NCBI GenBank assembly: GCA_964484835.1
Contig: CAZAFP010000010.1
Coordinates: forward strand, 1-11,290
From: an uncultured Methanosarcinales archaeon
Lineage (GTDB): Archaea > Nanobdellota > Nanobdellia > Woesearchaeales > 21-14-0-10-32-9
Direction of reading: 5' to 3'
Length of the DNA: 11,290 nt
Positions within the stretch are counted from its first letter, which is position 1. Each line of letters opens with the position of its first letter. The translations under genes were made by a program, and so were the position numbers. Shown here in pieces: positions 1 to 5,037 of this stretch. A model generated the notes under the pieces. It was not told the DNA's origin. It was given only the letters and a program-made list of their open reading frames with translations, and searched no databases.

Positions 1-22
1 CTATAAAAAGATTACTATTAAG

Positions 23-30
23 AAAAAAAA
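23..30 (-). terminator. Oligo-T tract (T8 on the minus strand) 4 nt after the tRNA discriminator base; archaeal-style termination signal
   Basis: The plus strand reads aaaaaaaa at 23-30, directly downstream (minus sense) of the tRNA 3' end at 35. Archaeal RNA polymerase terminates at oligo-T runs. Confidence 0.5.
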
Positions 31-34
31 GGGA

Positions 35-116
35 CGCCCAGGGTGGGATTTGAACCCACGACTCCAGAGGAACGGGATTAGCAATCCCGCGCAATACCAG
101 GCTATGCGACCTGGGC
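35..116 (-). tRNA. tRNA-Ser, anticodon GCU (class II, long variable arm), no intron, CCA not encoded
   Basis: The reverse complement of 35..116 folds as a cloverleaf. The acceptor stem GCCCAGG/CCTGGGC is 7 bp and perfect. The anticodon stem is CGGGA/TCCCG with loop TTGCTAA, giving anticodon GCT. The 13-nt variable arm TTCCTCTGGAGTC has its own short stem. The T arm is GTGGG-TTCAAAT-CCCAC and the discriminator is G, followed by TCCC rather than CCA. This is the only GC-rich island in an AT-rich region. Confidence 0.93.
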
Positions 117-141
117 ATATCACAAAGTGTATTTTATTTTT

Positions 142-149
142 TTTATAAA
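142..149 (-). promoter_or_regulatory. Putative TATA box (TTTATAAA, palindromic) for the tRNA-Ser gene
   Basis: TTTATAAA lies 26-33 bp upstream of the mature tRNA 5' end at 116, the canonical archaeal TATA distance. On the minus strand a purine-rich BRE-like GGAAAC sits just upstream of it. Confidence 0.45.
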
Positions 150-196
150 GGTTTCCTTCGATAGTTTTTTAAGTTTGTCTTTTTACATAATTAAGT

Positions 197-1153
197 ATGT
201 TTTTCAGGAAGAAGTATGAAAAGGTTGTTTTGGATACTAGCGCGGTGATCCAGGGCGTTTTGTCTTTTCACAGGCCTAAGATAGGGGAAGTTGTTGTTCA
301 CGAGGCTGTTTTGTCTGAATTGGAAAATCAGGCTAATAAGGGCAGGGATCAGGGTTTTAAAGGATTGGCTGAATTGAAGAAGTTGAAAGATTTGTATAAA
401 GTAAGGTTTTCGGGTAAGCGTCCTAACGAGTTCGAGATTAAGTATGCTAAGAGTGGCGAGATTGATTCTATTATTAGGGATTTAGCTTTGGAAGAAAAGG
501 CTTTTTTGGTAACTGGCGATAAGGTTCAGGCTTCTATTGCTGAGTTGAAAGGTGTTAAGACTTTGTTTTATACGGTTCCTGATGTCTTGTTAGGTATTAA
601 GAAGTTTTTTAAGAAAGATAAGAGGTTGTTTTTTAAGAAGGATGGTGTTTTTTCTTTGAATAATGGTTCTTTGAAGAAAGTGTCTAATGAGGATTTTTAT
701 TATTTGTTGAAAGACGTGGTTAATTCCAAGTATTATTCTTTTTTTGATAATTATCGTGTTTCTTTTATCAGTGGTTTTGGTTTTTTAGTGGAGGATTTGA
801 GTATTAATGATGTTAGTGGTTATAATTTGTCTGATTTGACGCGTGTTAAGAGGGCTCGTTCTTTATTTTTGAAAGGAGATTCAGAGTTTTTTATGCATTC
901 CTTATTGGATTATCATAGGTCTAAAGGTCGTTTTGTTTGTTTGGTTGAGAATTTTAGTAGCCAGGAGCATTTCCCATCTTTAAGTGTTAAGGATGTTGTT
1001 TCGTTAAAGCCTTACCTAGTGGGTGTTTCTAGTTCTGAAGAAGATGTTATTTTTTTATTAAATCGAGGTTTTGCAGTTGTCAGTAGTGTTGGTGATAAGT
1101 CTTTATTTGATTATGTTTTGGATTTGGAAAGTAAGAAGTTGTATAAGAATTGA
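197..1153 (+). CDS. PIN-domain protein (PINc type, resembling the N-terminus of archaeal PIN-ATPase-KH proteins); the C-terminal ~190 aa are uncharacterised and have no P-loop
   Basis: ATG start, TGA stop, 318 aa. The N-terminal ~125 aa show the PIN acidic set in canonical contexts: D13 (VVLDTSAV), E41 (VLSELENQA), D90 (GEIDSIIRD) and D108 (LVTGDKVQA). No GxxxxGK[ST] motif occurs anywhere in the protein. A local duplication FFKKDKRL/FFKKDGVF lies at aa 137-152. Confidence 0.6.
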   Translation: MFFRKKYEKVVLDTSAVIQGVLSFHRPKIGEVVVHEAVLSELENQANKGRDQGFKGLAELKKLKDLYKVRFSGKRPNEFEIKYAKSGEIDSIIRDLALEEKAFLVTGDKVQASIAELKGVKTLFYTVPDVLLGIKKFFKKDKRLFFKKDGVFSLNNGSLKKVSNEDFYYLLKDVVNSKYYSFFDNYRVSFISGFGFLVEDLSINDVSGYNLSDLTRVKRARSLFLKGDSEFFMHSLLDYHRSKGRFVCLVENFSSQEHFPSLSVKDVVSLKPYLVGVSSSEEDVIFLLNRGFAVVSSVGDKSLFDYVLDLESKKLYKN

Positions 1154-1429
1154 AAAAAAGAAGATAAATCAGGCTTTTTATCCCGCTATGTAGTTATTTC
1201 TGCATGTTTTTTGAACGCTGTGTGTTTTACCGTGTGTTTTAAGCCTGAAATTGTTGAACCTGTTGTTTAGGGTTCTAGAAAAAATTGGTTGTTTTGTGTT
1301 TAGAGCTCTCAGATTTATCACCAGCACTTTTTTTGTTAGTATACAGAAACGTATATTTACTATATAAATTTTTCCTTTATTCTCGTCTCTTAAGAAAGTA
1401 TTTATTTCAATATAGTAATTATTTATTAT

Positions 1430-1438
1430 AAAAAAAAA
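1430..1438 (-). terminator. Oligo-T tract (T9 on the minus strand) 2 nt after the TAA stop of the 485-aa gene
   Basis: The plus strand reads aaaaaaaaa at 1430-1438. On the minus strand this gives TAA-tc-TTTTTTTTT. Confidence 0.5.
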
Positions 1439-1440
1439 GA

Positions 1441-2898
1441 TTAATTTGTAATTCTTCCTTCAAAATCATTAACATGCACTAAGCCAAATCTGGCACTCCC
1501 CGTGTCTTCATTAGCCAGGTTTCCTTTAATTAAATAAGCATTATCAGGTATAACCCCATTATAATCTCTCTCGTATAATCTTAATAAGCCCTGAGCCCTG
1601 TTAGATATGACGTGCTCCTCACCATCTTCGTTAGTTAAAACTTGCTCATTCACATAGATTCTGTTATCCCTGGCTTCGAAGGAATCACCAGGCACGCCTC
1701 TGACTATCTTTATCCTAGTACCTGTAACGTGATCTAATGCTATTATATCCCCTTCACCAGGAGTGTTTTCTTTATAATAGCCTTCTATTAAAGTGGCTGT
1801 ACTCCCTTGACTCAGCACGCCTTGCATGGCATTTCTTTCCATAGTTACAGTTCTTGTGGAATATGCAGAAGTATCAACTTGTTGTAATTCAGCATCTTGT
1901 TCGTCTTCAGAAGGTTCTTCTTCAACTTCCTCTGATTCATCAACAGATTCTTCCTCTGATTCATCAACAGCCTCTTCTTCTGATTCTTCAGTTTCATCTA
2001 CTTCAGAATCGGTTTCTTCCTCTTCAACATCATCTGATTCTTCAGAAGGTTCTTCTTCTGTTTCGTTAACAGGATCGGATTCGTTGATAGGAACTGTGTC
2101 ATTAATCGTTTCGTTTCCAGAATGAGTTTCATTAACAGCAGTCTCATTATCTAATCCTACTAATACTGTTATGAAAAAATCATTACTTTCTAAAACACTA
2201 CCGTCTTTAGAAGCATAGACTTTATTTCTCCAAACACCTAAATCTTCTCCTGTTATTATTAACTCATTATTGATAATTTCATAACTGTAACCTTGACTAC
2301 TTCTAGCATCAAAATCAATATCTTCTCCTTCGAAGTAATCTGAAAGGTTATAAGATATGTTTTGTTCCAAGTTCACAGTTTTATTCTCTAAATCTTGGAC
2401 TAACTCTAAAGAAGAATCAGTTTCGTTAAAAGATTCGTTAACGTCACTTTCAACTTCTTGTTCATCTTCAAATTCCAAAACATAATAACTCAGACTTTCC
2501 AAGTCAAAAGTCAGGTTGCCTTCCAAAACGATACTTAATTCTGTAACATTAACTTCTTCTAAAGAACAAGTTTCTTCACATTCTTCATAAAACTCCACAG
2601 TTTCATTATCTAATTGAGAAGAAACTACTCTTAAAGGACCATCACTTGTAATAACATCAACCTCTAGAGTCCCGTTCCCATAAGCAAAACCTGTAAGTCT
2701 TAAAGATGAAACTCTCTCTCTTTCAAAATCTAACGAGGATGTTTCGTTAAAAGATTCGTTAACGTCGAAAGATTCTTCAACCTCGAAAGTACTGGTAACC
2801 ATACCTGTAACGAAGACTCCTGATACTATCAAATAGTATACACCATAAACAAATGCCGTCACTAAGACGGCTAATAAGAGAGAGTTTTTTCTATCCAT
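1441..2898 (-). CDS. Membrane-anchored, sequon-rich surface protein with a long acidic linker and a C-terminal S26 signal-peptidase-I-like domain (nucleophile position is Ala)
   Basis: 485 aa, ATG start, TAA stop. There is an N-terminal hydrophobic anchor (aa 7-33). I count 17 N-x-S/T sequons in aa 47-280 and none afterwards. An E/D/S-rich linker spans aa 279-337. The C-terminal ~135 aa align by eye to the bacterial SPase I boxes: box B NAMQGVL (expected SMxPTL), box C GDIIAL, box D RIKIVRGVPGD (expected KRxxGxPGD), and box E VIPDNAYLIKGNLANEDTGSARFGLV (expected VPxxxYFVMGDNRxxSxDSRxxGxV). Confidence 0.6.
   Translation of the reverse strand: MDRKNSLLLAVLVTAFVYGVYYLIVSGVFVTGMVTSTFEVEESFDVNESFNETSSLDFERERVSSLRLTGFAYGNGTLEVDVITSDGPLRVVSSQLDNETVEFYEECEETCSLEEVNVTELSIVLEGNLTFDLESLSYYVLEFEDEQEVESDVNESFNETDSSLELVQDLENKTVNLEQNISYNLSDYFEGEDIDFDARSSQGYSYEIINNELIITGEDLGVWRNKVYASKDGSVLESNDFFITVLVGLDNETAVNETHSGNETINDTVPINESDPVNETEEEPSEESDDVEEEETDSEVDETEESEEEAVDESEEESVDESEEVEEEPSEDEQDAELQQVDTSAYSTRTVTMERNAMQGVLSQGSTATLIEGYYKENTPGEGDIIALDHVTGTRIKIVRGVPGDSFEARDNRIYVNEQVLTNEDGEEHVISNRAQGLLRLYERDYNGVIPDNAYLIKGNLANEDTGSARFGLVHVNDFEGRITN
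1927..1974. repeat. Two tandem 24-bp units inside the acidic linker of the 485-aa gene
   Basis: ttcctctgattcatcaacag occurs at 1927-1946 and again at 1951-1970, a 24-bp period with 20 consecutive identical bases per unit. On the minus strand it encodes AVDESEEE/SVDESEEV. Confidence 0.85.
2420..2445. repeat. Copy 1 of a perfect 26-bp direct repeat (partner at 2741-2766)
   Basis: gtttcgttaaaagattcgttaacgtc is identical at both sites. The offset is 321 bp, exactly 107 codons. It encodes DVNESFNET at aa 152-160. Confidence 0.9.
2741..2766. repeat. Copy 2 of the perfect 26-bp direct repeat (partner at 2420-2445)
   Basis: Same 26-mer. It encodes DVNESFNET at aa 45-53. The flanking bases differ on both sides. 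Confidence 0.9.
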
Positions 2899-2905
2899 CC
2901 TTTAT

Positions 2906-3205
2906 TTATTTCTTTTTCTTGGTTGCTTTCTTAGCAGTGGACTTTTTAGCTGTGGATTTCTTACTACTTTTTTTCTTAGCAGATGTTGATTTCTTCACAG
3001 GCTTCTTTTTTGTTGATTTCTTAGCAGGCTTTTTCTCAGGCCCTTCCATACCTTTTTTTACTTCACCAGGAATATCTTCAATACCTTGCTTAAATTCTCT
3101 TATGCTTTCACCAGTATTCCTAGCTAAGCCAGGAGCTTTCCTACCTACAAAGTAAATTATAGCTATCAACACAAGCATCCCTATTATTTCCCATAAACCT
3201 ATCAT
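2906..3205 (-). CDS. tatA: Twin-arginine translocase subunit TatA/E family with an unusual lysine-rich C-terminal tail
   Basis: 99 aa. There is a single N-terminal TM helix (WEIIGMLVLIAIIYFV) followed by GRKAPGLARNTGESIREFKQG. This matches the TatA hinge and amphipathic-helix signature FG.kKlP.lar.lG..iReFK. An AGGAGG Shine-Dalgarno lies 9 nt upstream. Confidence 0.85.
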   Translation of the reverse strand: MIGLWEIIGMLVLIAIIYFVGRKAPGLARNTGESIREFKQGIEDIPGEVKKGMEGPEKKPAKKSTKKKPVKKSTSAKKKSSKKSTAKKSTAKKATKKKK

Positions 3206-3214
3206 TTTTTCATT

Positions 3215-3220
3215 CCTCCT
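3215..3220 (-). promoter_or_regulatory. Shine-Dalgarno (AGGAGG) for tatA
   Basis: The plus strand reads cctcct at 3215-3220, with 9 nt of spacing to the ATG at 3205-3203. Confidence 0.6.
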
Positions 3221-3262
3221 ATTAAAATTATTATATTTATGACATAATGTAAATATTCCCTT

Positions 3263-3976
3263 TTATATATTTTTTCCCTTCTTCCGTGTTAATTTAGCTA
3301 TCAAGACACCAAGTTCATAACTTCCATAAATAGGAATTATCATAAGGAACATGCTGAAAGGGTCAGGAGGGCTTAGTAAAGCACTTAGTATCATAACTAC
3401 AATGAAAACACCAACTCTATGTTCAGTAACATCTCTTATCGTTAAAAGTTCATATCTTACAAGCAGAGGTATTACTAAAGATATCTGCAATATAAATGCA
3501 AGGGTTAAAGCCATCATAATCATATATCTTAAAACACTAGTTATACCCCACATAGGCTCAACTAACAAGTAAGATGTTGAAAGCATTAAAAGTACAAATT
3601 TGGAAAAAACCAATACACCTACTAAGGCACCTATAATTCCTAACAGTAAGGAACTTATAGCTATAACGACTAATAATCCCCTGTGATGTTCAGTAATAAC
3701 AGGTCTCACATAACTGTATATCCCTGTAAATATAATAGGTATACCGAAAAATATACTTAAAGACGTGGCAATAGTAGCTCTTGCATATAAATTTTCAAAA
3801 GGATTTAAGGCCACTAATTGGTTAGGGTTTAAACCCATGTAATTTATTAGCCAATCCATTAAATATGAAGATGCCCAAAAAAATAAAGCAAATAACAGAA
3901 TAAGAGGTATAACGAGCCTTATGAATAATTTTTTAAGCTCCAACATATGCTCTCTAATAGTTTTTTCTTCATCCAT
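3263..3976 (-). CDS. tatC: Twin-arginine translocase subunit TatC
   Basis: 237 aa. The N-terminal motif is TIREHMLELKKLFIR (TatC signature xxEHLxELRxRL). About six hydrophobic segments are present. The C-terminal conserved region is LSPPDPFSMFLMIIPIYGSYELGVLIAK (TatC: tPpDvxsq..la.P...LYE). Confidence 0.9.
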   Translation of the reverse strand: MDEEKTIREHMLELKKLFIRLVIPLILLFALFFWASSYLMDWLINYMGLNPNQLVALNPFENLYARATIATSLSIFFGIPIIFTGIYSYVRPVITEHHRGLLVVIAISSLLLGIIGALVGVLVFSKFVLLMLSTSYLLVEPMWGITSVLRYMIMMALTLAFILQISLVIPLLVRYELLTIRDVTEHRVGVFIVVMILSALLSPPDPFSMFLMIIPIYGSYELGVLIAKLTRKKGKNI

Positions 3977-4003
3977 AAAACTCTCTCTTCAAGAAAAAAA
4001 GCA

Positions 4004-4135
4004 TTATTTTTTTTCCTTTTCCAATTTTTCCAACCTTTGTAACTCACTAATCAAAGGAGCAACTTCACTATAAGGTTGTTGGGCTAGATAATTTAATACT
4101 GCCTGTAATAATTCCTTACTTATTTTAAAACTCAT
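4004..4135 (-). CDS. Small hypothetical protein, 43 aa (not in the supplied ORF track)
   Basis: Hand translation gives MSFKISKELLQAVLNYLAQQPYSEVAPLISELQRLEKLEKEKK with a TAA stop at 4004-4006. A GGGTGG Shine-Dalgarno-like element lies 7 nt upstream of the ATG (4135-4133). The ORF is same-strand and ends 27 bp upstream of tatC. It is predicted to be helical. No family was recognised. Confidence 0.3.
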   Translation of the reverse strand: MSFKISKELLQAVLNYLAQQPYSEVAPLISELQRLEKLEKEKK

Positions 4136-4142
4136 AATTCAA

Positions 4143-4148
4143 CCACCC
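4143..4148 (-). promoter_or_regulatory. Shine-Dalgarno-like GGGTGG for the 43-aa ORF
   Basis: The plus strand reads ccaccc at 4143-4148, with 7 nt of spacing to the ATG. A TATA-like TTATATAAAT (minus strand, 4186-4195) lies further upstream. Confidence 0.35.
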
Positions 4149-4199
4149 TTTAAATATTTGTTATTGACGTAGATAACTACACGTAATTTATATAACTTT

Positions 4200-4949
4200 T
4201 TAAGTTAAATCCCCTATATACCCTATTATTGTTTCAGTACCATTATTGTAAATGCCATAGTCCGAGTTATGTCCTTCTATCACTTCAAAATTTTGAATGT
4301 TTTGCTGATTCATATCCAAATCTTGACTGGCACCCGTGTAAGGAACGAAGTCATCATCTACATTTATCGTGACAGTTCTTCCACTCTCACTCGTTGTTAC
4401 ACTATTCCCTCCTGAAATTGTCACTATATCACTATCACCTACTGTGCTACTGCCACTATCCCCTGCTATGGTAAAAGAAGACATGTCTCCACTCTCCCCT
4501 ACTTGACTTTCTACAAAGTCTTTCGTAGCAGCATCTGATCCACTTATAGGAGTAGGAAGACCTGTTACTGTGTTGCCGTCCATGTCAATACTTCCATCCA
4601 TGGTCCCCCCGCTTAATTGCAAGTATAGGTTATCAAACCAAGATTGATCTACATTAATAGTTCCTGAAGTTGTTATAGGCCCCCCTGTTAAACCCGCTCC
4701 TGTATCAACTTCTGTTACGGATCCGTCACCACTTTCCTCTACTTGAGCGTCTACGTAGCTCTTTGTAGCTGCTTGGCTTCCTTGAGTAGGAGTTGGCAGT
4801 AATAATTGTCCTGTGAAGTTATAAATACCACTTATAGTATCTCCACCCCTAAGTATATATAAAGAGTCGTGGCCAGGATTATTCTGGGCGAGTGCGAACG
4901 GAATTAAAAATAAAACCGCTATTGTTATGAAGATTAATTTTTTATTCAT
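4200..4949 (-). CDS. Secreted protein with phage-tail-fibre-like repeats (LSGGTMxG..M..N.v..L..P....DAatK.fV motif), putative adhesin
   Basis: The track ORF 4200..4958 begins at a TTG. The first ATG is at 4949 (MNKKLIFITIAVLFLIPFALA|QNN) and gives a Sec-type signal peptide with an A-x-A cleavage site. Numbered from the TTG, two ~50-aa repeats lie at aa 33-80 and 111-160. A third partial copy lies around aa 205-224. The protein is rich in G, S, T and D. Confidence 0.6.
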   Translation of the reverse strand: MNKKLIFITIAVLFLIPFALAQNNPGHDSLYILRGGDTISGIYNFTGQLLLPTPTQGSQAATKSYVDAQVEESGDGSVTEVDTGAGLTGGPITTSGTINVDQSWFDNLYLQLSGGTMDGSIDMDGNTVTGLPTPISGSDAATKDFVESQVGESGDMSSFTIAGDSGSSTVGDSDIVTISGGNSVTTSESGRTVTINVDDDFVPYTGASQDLDMNQQNIQNFEVIEGHNSDYGIYNNGTETIIGYIGDLT

Positions 4950-4979
4950 TTTTATCAATAATGATATTTGCGGCTTACA

Positions 4980-4987
4980 TATATAAA
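4980..4987 (-). promoter_or_regulatory. Putative TATA box (TTTATATA on the minus strand) for the tail-fibre-like gene
   Basis: The plus strand reads tatataaa at 4980-4987. This is 22-29 bp upstream of the TTG at 4958 and 31-38 bp upstream of the ATG at 4949. Confidence 0.4.
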
Positions 4988-5037
4988 TCTTTTTCTAAAA
5001 AAATCGAGGATATTACTAAAAGATATTTTTCAAAAGA

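Noticed and set aside
197-1153. The PIN protein as the VapC toxin of a toxin-antitoxin pair
   Set aside because: No small antitoxin ORF lies upstream or overlaps it; the gene is preceded directly by the tRNA promoter region. The protein is more than twice VapC length, and its motif contexts look like the PINc/ATPase-associated class.
1160-1195. Possible att-site-like duplication of tRNA-Ser fragments (caggct, atcccgc and gctatg also occur in the tRNA at 80-107)
   Set aside because: Only 6-7 nt words are shared, and they appear in a different order. No integrase or recombinase is present between the sites. This is consistent with chance.
1300-1330. C/D-box sRNA on the minus strand (GTGATAA followed by CTGA)
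   Set aside because: The C-box has a mismatch. The CTGA lies only a few nucleotides away, which leaves no room for a guide, and there is no second C'/D pair.
1151-1339. Possible stop-codon recoding: TGA read-through of the PIN gene, or TAG as a sense codon, given three in-frame TAGs and no TAG used as a stop by any of the 13 complete CDS
   Set aside because: TGA clearly terminates serS and adk at natural C-termini, with ATGA overlaps to the next gene. TAG avoidance is expected in an AT-rich genome that prefers TAA, and 13 genes is too few to argue otherwise. The read-through peptide looks like noise. No Pyl or Sec machinery or signal is visible.
1826-2125. Plus-strand ORFs 1826..2125 (99 aa, Ser-rich) and 1854..2069 (71 aa, Leu/Gln-rich)
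   Set aside because: Both lie antisense to the poly-acidic linker of the 485-aa gene. GAA/GAT/TCA repeats read as open low-complexity frames on the opposite strand. Neither has a start context, a promoter or any recognisable domain.
2853-3155. Plus-strand ORF 2853..3155 (100 aa, Phe/Leu-rich)
   Set aside because: It is the antisense shadow of the lysine-rich (AAG/AAA) tail of tatA. The TatA call on the minus strand is motif-supported.
3351-3572. Plus-strand ORF 3351..3572 (73 aa)
   Set aside because: It lies entirely inside tatC on the opposite strand. It has no motif support and is a typical shadow ORF.
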